A stretch of DNA of 30,649 bases from an uncultured Gammaproteobacteria bacterium (GTDB taxonomy: Bacteria; Patescibacteriota; Patescibacteriia; 2-12-FULL-60-25), in contig CAZIMD010000006.1 in the NCBI GenBank assembly GCA_964540365.1, forward strand, positions 1 through 30,649, written 5' to 3'. This document shows positions 1-7,913 of this stretch, piece by piece; position 1 is the stretch's first letter; every line of letters begins with the position of its first letter. Under the pieces are notes generated by a model. The model ran no database searches and had not been told where the DNA came from. It worked only from the letters and a program-made list of their open reading frames with translations. The position numbers and the translations under genes were made by a program.

Positions 1-1511
1 CGCTCACTCTGGCTGGGCGGACGGCGATAGATCCAGACGGGACCGGTCCCCGCCTTGAGGAAGCGACGGATCTCCTCGACGGGAGGCATGGGAGAAGCGG
101 CCGCCCGCGTCGGGAAGACGATCTTGTCCGAACGGTCCGAAAGCCAGACCGTCGAGGGAAGGCTTTCACGCTCGACGACCTCACGGACCCGCGCATACGC
201 TTCGCGCTCGCGGCGATTCTGAAGGATGCCGTCAACCGCATCCGTATATGCCCATACTGCCCCACCGACGAGATGCCCAACCGCCAGCACGGCGAACGCG
301 ATCCGACGAGCGCGTCCGGCCGTCTGCGCATGTACCAGCCAAAACAGCCAAGCCGTCCAAGCGACGAAGGCGGGCGTCAGATAGCGGAATAACGAGCTTC
401 CCAAATGGAACGGCTCGCCGCCGATATGGTCGGCGTAGCGACCTTGGCCATAATAGACGCCCAGCCAAAGCGTCAGGAGGCAGAGACCGGCGAAGGCGCC
501 TCGCTCCGCCCGAGAGGCGTTCGGACGGCCCTTCCAAAGCCAACCGAGTGCGGCTCCGATCCAGGCGACCATCCACGGCCACCAGCCAAGCGACCACATC
601 CCTTGCAGATTTTCCCACGCCTGCCGCCAGGAAAAGCCGTACGGAAAGAAGGCGCGCCAATGGGCGACGGGAATCGGCGCCGCGACAACGGATGGGTTCG
701 GCACGGCCGGCAGGTCACGCAAGAAATAGCCGATGGCGAAGGGGGAACCATAGACCCACGCATGCAGGCCGGCGACCGCGCCCGCCACGAGGAGAAACCC
801 GATCGACCAAGCGAACATCCCCCGGCGAAAAGGGACCCCAAACCGTTCGCGAGCCCAAACGAACACGGCCAACAATCCGGGAACGATCCAAACCCCTTCG
901 ATGGGGCGGATCCCCACGGCGACGGCGGTCACGGCCCCCGCAGCGAACGCCCCTCCCCACCCGCGAATACGCAGCGTCGCCCAAATCGCCCACACGACCG
1001 CCGCGAGTTGCGGGACAAGCCCGAAGAGGCTGCGGTTTCCATACAAGACCATCGTCGGGAGGGCGGCGATCGACAGGGACGCGGCAAGCGCTTCGAACAC
1101 GGAGAAGGCGCACGCCCGTCGCAGGACACGCATCAACGCCATGACGATGGAGGCCGCAAGAAGGACAGGGATCCAAACGATCGCCCCTTGGCCCAGGAAC
1201 GCAAAGGTCCCCAACACGAACGGCCACAACGGAAAACTCACCGGCAACAGGATTCCCTGCTGCGCGACGAAGCTGCGCGGGTGCAGCCAAGGGAACTCCG
1301 TGGCACGGGATTCGGTGAGCGTCAACTTCCCCGTCTCCACGAAGGAATCCGCCGTCGCGAAGGTCGCCGTCTCGTCGGGGGACATGAACGGCAAGGCTCC
1401 CTGAAAAGCCAAGGCCCCGTACAGGACCACGGCGACCGCAAAACCGACCCCAAGCGGAAGCAGGGATCGCCAACGTGATGCGGACACGGCCGGAAGAGGA
1501 GGCCAATGCAT
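1..1511 (-). CDS. GT-C-fold (ArnT/PMT-like) membrane glycosyltransferase, partial; runs off the window start
   Basis: Not in the ORF track. Manual translation from ATG 1511 (MHWPPLPAVSASRWRSLLPLGVGFAVAVVLYGALAFQGALPFMSPDETATF...) shows no in-frame stop down to position 3. It has many hydrophobic segments, an acidic DE motif after the first TM helix, and a late 'SLFRYLTP' motif. TAAGCT lies 7 nt upstream of the ATG. Confidence 0.65.
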   Translation of the reverse strand, partial: MHWPPLPAVSASRWRSLLPLGVGFAVAVVLYGALAFQGALPFMSPDETATFATADSFVETGKLTLTESRATEFPWLHPRSFVAQQGILLPVSFPLWPFVLGTFAFLGQGAIVWIPVLLAASIVMALMRVLRRACAFSVFEALAASLSIAALPTMVLYGNRSLFGLVPQLAAVVWAIWATLRIRGWGGAFAAGAVTAVAVGIRPIEGVWIVPGLLAVFVWARERFGVPFRRGMFAWSIGFLLVAGAVAGLHAWVYGSPFAIGYFLRDLPAVPNPSVVAAPIPVAHWRAFFPYGFSWRQAWENLQGMWSLGWWPWMVAWIGAALGWLWKGRPNASRAERGAFAGLCLLTLWLGVYYGQGRYADHIGGEPFHLGSSLFRYLTPAFVAWTAWLFWLVHAQTAGRARRIAFAVLAVGHLVGGAVWAYTDAVDGILQNRREREAYARVREVVERESLPSTVWLSDRSDKIVFPTRAAASPMPPVEEIRRFLKAGTGPVWIYRRPPSQSE

Positions 1512-1634
1512 GATCGGGAGCTTAGGTGAGGGAAAAAATAGCTATCTTCACGGCGAGCCGGGAGCCGTTTCCACTCATTCAGCGCATAGCATCGCAAGTT
1601 TCCATCCGGTTGTCACCATGCTAGGCTGGCAGGC

Positions 1635-3122
1635 ATGAAACGCGTTCTCGCCGCGATGCTGATCGCCTGCCTGGTGAGCCCCTCGGGCGCATCCTTCGTG
1701 CGCGCGCAAGAGGCGCTCTCGGCACCCCCGACACCCGCCGGCTTCAATCCGAACCTCGTGCTTGACGACAGCGACCTATTCGACCTCGGCGATTGGGACG
1801 CGGAGGATATCCAGCGTTTTCTCGCCGCCAAGCGGAGCGCGCTCGCGACCAGGACGCTCACCGACATCGACGGCATCGAGAAACGGCCCGCCGACATCGT
1901 GTGGCGCGTGGCCGGATCATACCGGCTGAATCCAAAATACCTGCTCGCCCTGATGCAGAAGGAGCAGAGCCTCATTGAAGACGCCTCCCCGACGCAACGG
2001 CAGCTTGACTGGGCGATGGGCTTTGGCGTGTGCGACAGCTGCGCCATGGATGATCCCGCGATCCAGGCCTACAAGGGGTTCGCAAACCAGGTGGAATATG
2101 CCGCGAAACAGCACCGCGAACGCTACCTCTTCCAGCTTCTCAGCCGCGGGACGACCGTGAGCGGACATGCGCCCGGCCGGACGAGCCTCATCGATCGCGT
2201 ACCCGTCACGCCCATAAACCAGGCAACGGCCATGCTTTATACGTATACGCCGCACATCCATGGGAACCTGCTGCTGTGGCAGATCTGGCGACGCTGGTTT
2301 TCGCGGGCCCTGCCAGACGGGACGCTCGTCGCCAGCAAGGAACATCCCCAACAGCGTTACCTGATCCGGCGCGGCGAGCGGCGGCCGCTCTCACCCGCCG
2401 TCTTCCTCAGTCTCGCGAACGGAACCGACAAGGTTGCCTCCCTCAGCGCATCCGACCTCGCCGCCTACCCCGAAGGCGAACCGTTGCGGTTCCCCAACTT
2501 CAGCCTTGTCGAATTGCCGACTGGCGCCCGCTACCTGTTGAGCGGCGAGCAAAAACGGCTGATCGTTTCGGCAAAGGCCTTCCGGACGCTCGGCTTCCAA
2601 GAAGATGAGGTCATGCCCGCGGCACCGGAAGACCTGGCCAGCTACACCGATGGTCCGGACCTCAGCGAACAGAGCCGCTATCCCACCGGACTGCTCGCAA
2701 AAGACAAGAAAGGCGCCTATTGGTATATCGAAGATGGCGTCCGCCACCCGATTCCCCATCCGGCCCTCCTCAAGCTCTATTTCCGTGGCCGCCCCGCGAA
2801 GACCTTGAGCGCAGCGGAAGCCCAAAGCTACCCCGTTGGCGAGCCGTATCGCCTGCGCGACGGCGAGCTGGTTCGCAGCGCAACGCACCCGGCGGTCTAT
2901 GCGATCGACCAGGGACAGCGGCGCGCCATCCCGAACGAGGAAGTCTTCGTTTCCTTGGGGTACGCCTGGAAGAATGTCCTGACCCTTCCCGAAGCCCTGC
3001 TGGCGGATTACCCTGAAGGCGAACCCCTCGAACCGGCTTGGCATCCCACGTCCCTCGCGAGCGACGTGACGCCGCTCAGTCCGGAAGCCGTTCCCACCCC
3101 TACGTCCTCCCCTTCCCTATGA
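1635..3122 (+). CDS. Secreted protein: lysozyme/SLT-like N-terminal domain plus four C-terminal repeats
   Basis: Signal-peptide-like start (MKRVLAAMLIACLVSPSGASFVRA). 'LNPKYLLALMQKEQSLI...AMGFGVCDSC...GFANQVEYAA' resembles lysozyme-like cell-wall hydrolase domains. Four repeats of about 58 aa follow. Confidence 0.6.
   Translation: MKRVLAAMLIACLVSPSGASFVRAQEALSAPPTPAGFNPNLVLDDSDLFDLGDWDAEDIQRFLAAKRSALATRTLTDIDGIEKRPADIVWRVAGSYRLNPKYLLALMQKEQSLIEDASPTQRQLDWAMGFGVCDSCAMDDPAIQAYKGFANQVEYAAKQHRERYLFQLLSRGTTVSGHAPGRTSLIDRVPVTPINQATAMLYTYTPHIHGNLLLWQIWRRWFSRALPDGTLVASKEHPQQRYLIRRGERRPLSPAVFLSLANGTDKVASLSASDLAAYPEGEPLRFPNFSLVELPTGARYLLSGEQKRLIVSAKAFRTLGFQEDEVMPAAPEDLASYTDGPDLSEQSRYPTGLLAKDKKGAYWYIEDGVRHPIPHPALLKLYFRGRPAKTLSAAEAQSYPVGEPYRLRDGELVRSATHPAVYAIDQGQRRAIPNEEVFVSLGYAWKNVLTLPEALLADYPEGEPLEPAWHPTSLASDVTPLSPEAVPTPTSSPSL
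2310..3030 (+). repeat. Four intragenic protein repeats of about 58 aa
   Basis: Approximate consensus GxLv...[RY]Y.I..G.rR.i.....f..LG.....v..l....la.YpeGepl, seen four times in the translation. Confidence 0.75.
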
Positions 3123-3904
3123 TCGTCTTCTCCGCCATCGTCCCGCATGCCCCGTTCTTGGTCCCCAGCGTCGGCAAGGATGCGTATGACCAGGTGAAAC
3201 GCACCGTCGAGGCCCTGAAACAGGTCGAGGAGCGCCTCGCCCTCGCCAAGCCGGACACGATCGTCGTGATCTCGCCGCACGCCCCCCGCTACCCTGACGC
3301 CTTCAGCGCCAACATGTCGCCCCAGTTCACGGCCCACATGCAGGATTTCGGCGACCACGAGACGACCGTGCCTGCGCGCGTCAACTACCTCCTGCTCGAC
3401 CGGGTGCACCGCGCCATGCGTGAGGAGCAGATCCCGTTCACCCTCCGCAGCGGCGAGGCGCTGGACTATGGGTTCACGGTCCCCCTCCTCTACCTGACCA
3501 AGCACCTGCCCGCCTGGACCCTTTTGCCGCTCGCCCCGAGCGATCTCCCCCTTGAAACGCACGCCCAGTTCGGAGAGGCGCTTTACCGCACGCTCCAGGG
3601 CGAGGATGCGCGCATCGCCATCCTAGCCTCCGCCGACCTCTGCCACCATGGCAAGCCGGGCGACAAGAACCAGATCTCCCCCGAAACCCAGGCCTACGAT
3701 GACCACCTGCGGGCGGCGGTTGCCGCAAAAGACCTCTCGCTTCTCGCGCAAGCCCCTCTTGCCGCCGAACGCCGCCCATGTGGCGAACGCCCGGTCGCGA
3801 TCCTCCTCGGTGCGCTGAAAGAACTGAACACGCGCACGGAAGAGCTCTGTTACGAGGCGCCGTTCGGCGTCGGCTACCTCACCGCCCTGTTCCATATCGC
3901 CTAA
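3119..3904 (+). CDS. MEMO1 / class III extradiol dioxygenase LigB-like protein (AmmeMemoRadiSam protein B-like)
   Basis: Motifs 'AIVPHAP', 'PDTIVVISPH', 'LDYGFTVPL', 'ASADLCH', 'CGERP', 'YEAPFGVGY'. Start placed at ATG 3119 because of the ATGA overlap with the upstream stop. Confidence 0.75.
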   Translation: MIVFSAIVPHAPFLVPSVGKDAYDQVKRTVEALKQVEERLALAKPDTIVVISPHAPRYPDAFSANMSPQFTAHMQDFGDHETTVPARVNYLLLDRVHRAMREEQIPFTLRSGEALDYGFTVPLLYLTKHLPAWTLLPLAPSDLPLETHAQFGEALYRTLQGEDARIAILASADLCHHGKPGDKNQISPETQAYDDHLRAAVAAKDLSLLAQAPLAAERRPCGERPVAILLGALKELNTRTEELCYEAPFGVGYLTALFHIA

Positions 3905-3913
3905 CCCGGTCCC

Positions 3914-5623
3914 ATGCCCCGCTTCGCGCGCATCGTCCCCCTGTGCCGGACGCCGGTAGGGATCGACGCGTTCGATTACGTCTTGCCAGACGGCACGCGC
4001 TGGCTCCCCGGTGACCTGGTCCGCATCCCCCTCCGCGCCCAAACGGTGGAAGGGGTGATTTTGCACGTCTTGGAAACGTCACCATTTGCCGCGAAAGCAA
4101 AACCGATCGCCTCGAACGCTCCCCTGACGCGCTTCGGGCAGGATTGGGTCGACCTGGTCGAATGGCTGGCCGCACGCACGTTCCAGTCGACCGCCAGCAT
4201 CGCCAAAGCGTGGCTGCGCCTCCTTCCGAAGAAGCTGGAACCATGGAAAACGCACGCGGCCGAACGGCCCCAGGCCGGGGGCCTCGAAACGCAGTGGGTC
4301 GCGAACCCGGAAGGCCTGGTCAAGGACCATCTCGCCGAACGCGGACGCACCCTCATCGTCGCCCCGTTCGCCCAACAGGCGGAACGGCTGGCCGCCGCCC
4401 TTGATTGCCCAACGCTCCTCAGCGACGACCCGAAGACGGTCGCGACCGGCACCTGGCGCTCGTTCCTCGAAGGGACGACCCAGACGCTCGTCACGACCCG
4501 CGTCGGTTGCTGGTTGGGGCTCTTTGCCGAGAAGCTCATCCTCCTCGAGCCCGAACAGGACGAGCACAAGCAGGACGAGAGTTCGCCCCGGTTCGACGCG
4601 CGGCTTGTCGCGGCGTGGCTGCACCAGCGCAAGGGGCTCGCGCTCACGGCCATCGGACGCACCCCGCCGATCCATGTCGACCAGGGGGCGGCGACGATCC
4701 CCATCCACCCGCGGCTGAGCATCCGCCACGCCCACGGGCGCAGCGGCGTCCCAGGATTGAACATCGACACCCTTGAAACGCTCCTCGAAAACACGGAGGA
4801 ACGGCCCATCGTCGTAATCCACCCCATCCGCGGGTTGCGCGCGCGCTGCCAGTGCCGGACCTGCGGGTTCGTCGTGGCCTGCACGCGTTGCGGGACGGCC
4901 TTGCGCCGGCAGGAGACGAGCGGCTGGTGCGACCTCTGCCACCTCACCCAGTTCCTTCCGGAAACCTGCCCGCGCTGTGACGGGTTTGATTTTTCCGGCT
5001 CCCCGCCCGGGCTCGACCTCTTGAAACGCGAATGGGCGAAACACGGCTATCCTCCCTGCGCCTGGCGCGACGGCTCCCCCCTCGCCCTCGACCTCCCCTT
5101 TCCCCACCGCGCGCTCGTGCTCGTGACCGAACCGCACCTGCTGGGCGGGTTCGCGGAGGACATTCGCCGCACCGAGCGCCTCTGCCGCACATATCGCAGC
5201 CTCGCAAGCCGGGTGGCCGAGGCGGAGGGCGAGCTGATCCTCCAGGTCCATGATGGGGACACCGACCGGTGGCTCACCTGGCTCACGGCCGACGGGGTCC
5301 GCACGCTTAACCTCGCCGAACGGACCGCACGCGCCGCCTTCCGCTATCCGCCGAGCGTCCGGTTGGCCAAAATCCTGCTGGAAGGGTCGGAAGAGGGCGC
5401 AGCGCGAACATGCAACGAGCTCCAGGCGGCCTGCGCCGCCGACCCGGCCTTCCTCGAGCTCCGCGGCCCCTTCTTGGCGGAAGGCCGGGTCCGGACCCGC
5501 GCCCGCTGGGTGGCGCACCTCCTCTTCCGTCCCGAAACCAGCGAACAGGCGCTCCTCGCGCGCCTCCGCCCGTGGGCCCGGCACGCGAAGATCGACCTTG
5601 ACGCCGTGGCGTTTTTGCGCTAA
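3914..5623 (+). CDS. priA: Primosomal protein N' (PriA)-like, shortened, with degenerate helicase motifs
   Basis: N-terminal 'FDYVLP...PGDLVRIPLR...GVIL' 3'-binding domain; four CxxC pairs (CRTC, CTRC, CDLC, CPRC); 'SPRFDAR'; C-terminal 'FRYPP'; upstream of def-fmt. No GxTGSGKT Walker A, and the DEEH position reads EPEQ. Confidence 0.75.
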   Translation: MPRFARIVPLCRTPVGIDAFDYVLPDGTRWLPGDLVRIPLRAQTVEGVILHVLETSPFAAKAKPIASNAPLTRFGQDWVDLVEWLAARTFQSTASIAKAWLRLLPKKLEPWKTHAAERPQAGGLETQWVANPEGLVKDHLAERGRTLIVAPFAQQAERLAAALDCPTLLSDDPKTVATGTWRSFLEGTTQTLVTTRVGCWLGLFAEKLILLEPEQDEHKQDESSPRFDARLVAAWLHQRKGLALTAIGRTPPIHVDQGAATIPIHPRLSIRHAHGRSGVPGLNIDTLETLLENTEERPIVVIHPIRGLRARCQCRTCGFVVACTRCGTALRRQETSGWCDLCHLTQFLPETCPRCDGFDFSGSPPGLDLLKREWAKHGYPPCAWRDGSPLALDLPFPHRALVLVTEPHLLGGFAEDIRRTERLCRTYRSLASRVAEAEGELILQVHDGDTDRWLTWLTADGVRTLNLAERTARAAFRYPPSVRLAKILLEGSEEGAARTCNELQAACAADPAFLELRGPFLAEGRVRTRARWVAHLLFRPETSEQALLARLRPWARHAKIDLDAVAFLR

Positions 5624-5635
5624 GCTAGGCCAGTT

Positions 5636-6115
5636 ATGGAACTCTTCTCGATCGTCACGCACCCGGCCGCGAGCCTCCGCGTCCGCTCCCAAGAGATCGA
5701 TCCCGCCGAAGTCACCACTCCGGCCTTTCAGGCGTACCTCGACCAGCTGACCGAGACCATGCATGTGAAGGACGGCATCGGCATCGCCTCGCCCCAGGTG
5801 GGCCGCAACATCCGTGCGGTCGTGTGCGTCCTTGACGGCGAGGCGATCTGCCTCATCAACCCCGTGATCACGAAGGCCTCGGAAGCGCGCATCGAGAGCG
5901 AGGAGGGCTGCCTCAGCGTGCCCGGCGTCTACGGGATGGTCGAGCGGCACAAGCGGATCACCGTCGAGGCCCTGAACCGCCACGGCCGCCGCATCGAGCT
6001 CGACCTCCGCAACTTCTCGGCGATCGTCGTGCAGCACGAGATCGACCACCTCGACGGCATCCTGTTCATCGACAAGATGGAGCAGCCCGCCGCCGCGGCC
6101 GCGAAACAGATCTGA
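5636..6115 (+). CDS. def: Peptide deformylase
   Basis: GIGIASPQVG, EGCLSVP and QHEIDHLDG signature motifs. Confidence 0.97.
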   Translation: MELFSIVTHPAASLRVRSQEIDPAEVTTPAFQAYLDQLTETMHVKDGIGIASPQVGRNIRAVVCVLDGEAICLINPVITKASEARIESEEGCLSVPGVYGMVERHKRITVEALNRHGRRIELDLRNFSAIVVQHEIDHLDGILFIDKMEQPAAAAAKQI

Positions 6116-6120
6116 CCCCC

Positions 6121-7047
6121 ATGCCCGCCCGCCTCGTGTTTTTTGGGACGTCCTCCTTCGCCGTCCCCCTGCTCCGCCGGCTGGCCGCTGATCCGCGTTT
6201 TTCGATCGTGCGGGTCGTGACGCAACCGGATCGGCCCGTCGGGCGGCACCAAGAATTGACGCCACCGGAAGTGAAGGTCGCGGCCTTGGAGCTCGGCCTC
6301 CCTGTTTTTCAACCTGAAAAGATCAAATCGCCGGAAGCGCTCGAAGCCCTCCGCGCCGAACCTTTCGATGCGGCGGTCGTCGCCAGCTACGGGCAGATCC
6401 TGCCGCAAGCCCTCCTCGACCTGGCCCCGAACCGGTTCGTCAACCTGCATGGCTCGCTCCTGCCGGCCTATCGTGGCGCATCCCCCATCGCCGAAGCCAT
6501 CAAGAACGGCGATCCGGAAACGGGCGTCACCGTGATGCTGATGGATGCGGCGATGGACCATGGGGCGATGCTTGCGCGCTTCAACACGCCCATCCGGCCG
6601 GACGACACGACCGAAACGCTTTCCGATCGGCTCGCCCACCTTGGCGCCGAAACCTTCGCCGAGGTCTTGGCCGGATACCTCGACGGGACGCGCGCGGCAA
6701 CGGAGCAGCCGCATGAGCAAGCCACGTTCTGCAAGCTCATCAAGAAAGAAGATGCGCGGCTGGATCCGACGACACACACGGCCGTCGAGCTGGAGCGGCG
6801 CGTGCGGGCCTACTCGCCCTGGCCGACCGCCTTCCTGCCGCACATCGAGAAACGGCTGAAGGTGCTCGTGAGCCGCGTCGTCGCAAGCGCCGCCTCCACC
6901 CCCTCGCCAGGGACGCTTTGGCTCGAAAGGGACGCGCTCCTGCTTTCCTGCGCCGACGGGACGGCCCTCGAGCTCGTCTCCGTGCGTCCGGAGGGCGGCA
7001 AAACCATGACGGGTGCCGCCTATTTCCACGGGCAGAAAATTTCCTGA
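6121..7047 (+). CDS. fmt: Methionyl-tRNA formyltransferase
   Basis: 'VFFGTSSFA', 'VVTQPDRPVGR', 'VNLHGSLLPAYRGASPI', 'ETGVTVMLMDAAMDHG', 'RAYSPWP'; adjacent to def. Confidence 0.96.
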   Translation: MPARLVFFGTSSFAVPLLRRLAADPRFSIVRVVTQPDRPVGRHQELTPPEVKVAALELGLPVFQPEKIKSPEALEALRAEPFDAAVVASYGQILPQALLDLAPNRFVNLHGSLLPAYRGASPIAEAIKNGDPETGVTVMLMDAAMDHGAMLARFNTPIRPDDTTETLSDRLAHLGAETFAEVLAGYLDGTRAATEQPHEQATFCKLIKKEDARLDPTTHTAVELERRVRAYSPWPTAFLPHIEKRLKVLVSRVVASAASTPSPGTLWLERDALLLSCADGTALELVSVRPEGGKTMTGAAYFHGQKIS

Positions 7048-7056
7048 TACAGGCCA

Positions 7057-7092
7057 CCCTCGTCTGGGACCCGTTCCTGGACGAGGGTTTTT
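7057..7092 (+). terminator. Intrinsic terminator after fmt
   Basis: CCCTCGTC...GACGAGGG stem followed by TTTTT. Confidence 0.7.
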
Positions 7093-7095
7093 GGA

Positions 7096-7124
7096 TTGAC
7101 AAACGCCCGGCTTTACGCTACCAT
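7096..7124 (+). promoter_or_regulatory. Sigma70-type promoter
   Basis: TTGACA-17 nt-TACCAT, with AGGAG at 7136-7140 before ATG 7149. Confidence 0.7.
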
Positions 7125-7148
7125 CGGCCACGCACAGGAGCGAACAGG

Positions 7149-7913
7149 ATGGAACAGACCACGACGCCTCTCAGCCCCAGCGAACGACTCCGGCAAGACC
7201 TCGCGCGCGCGATCGAGCGCGACTGGGAGAGCGATCCGCACGGCGGCCTGCGCACCCTGACGGACGCGGTGTCACGAATGCTCGCCTGCAAGCCGAGGTC
7301 GCTCCCGCAACGGATCCGGCACCTGACCGCGCTCGTGCGCGAATGCCGCCAGGCGGCCGCCCAGGCCCCGGCCAAGGTCCGCGACGCGATCGCGCTCACC
7401 CTCCTCAACGCCTGCTACGACCGCCCCGGCTGGTCGGCGATGTTCGCCTGCGTGTGGGAACCGGACGTCTGGCGACGCCTCGGCGGCGGGTACCAGTTCA
7501 GCCTGCGCCTGGCCCGCAAAGCCCTCGAGATGGCCCGGGCACTGCGGGCAAGCGCGCGCCCCTCGGCATCCACGGAGCGGCTCAGCCTGCTCGCCATCGC
7601 CCGCTCGACCCTCGCGCACGCGCGATACGGATTCTTCCAGGCGGGACCGAACGTGAAGGGCGTACGGACATCGCGCCGCTTCGCGGAACGGGCCGTCCGG
7701 CTGCTCGAGCGGCTGGCACGCGAATCTGGCCTGACGATGGACCGGCTGACGGCAGGATGGTTCCTCGAAGGAACGCGGCGCACGCTCCTCGAAGCGCGAC
7801 AGCAGCGGAAGCGCGAGCTGGTCCTGCACTCGATGCTCGCCCCCTTCGCGCTCGGCGAAGCCCGCGCCCGTCCCTGGTTTCACCTCAAGGACCCGGTCAC
7901 GCTGGTCCACTGA
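7149..7913 (+). CDS. Hypothetical alpha-helical protein (254 aa)
   Basis: Start moved from the ORF-track 6918 to ATG 7149 because the promoter and RBS lie there. No recognisable motif. Confidence 0.6.
   Translation: MEQTTTPLSPSERLRQDLARAIERDWESDPHGGLRTLTDAVSRMLACKPRSLPQRIRHLTALVRECRQAAAQAPAKVRDAIALTLLNACYDRPGWSAMFACVWEPDVWRRLGGGYQFSLRLARKALEMARALRASARPSASTERLSLLAIARSTLAHARYGFFQAGPNVKGVRTSRRFAERAVRLLERLARESGLTMDRLTAGWFLEGTRRTLLEARQQRKRELVLHSMLAPFALGEARARPWFHLKDPVTLVH

Noticed and set aside
232-1506. ORF-track ORFs 248..1144, 405..1478, 715..1506 and nested ORFs
   Set aside because: Low-complexity Arg/Pro/Gly-rich translations. They are shadows of the real minus-strand membrane protein (1511 to <1) that the track omitted.
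4079-6265. 728-aa minus-strand ORF
   Set aside because: Antisense to priA/def/fmt; a GC-rich codon shadow with no motifs.
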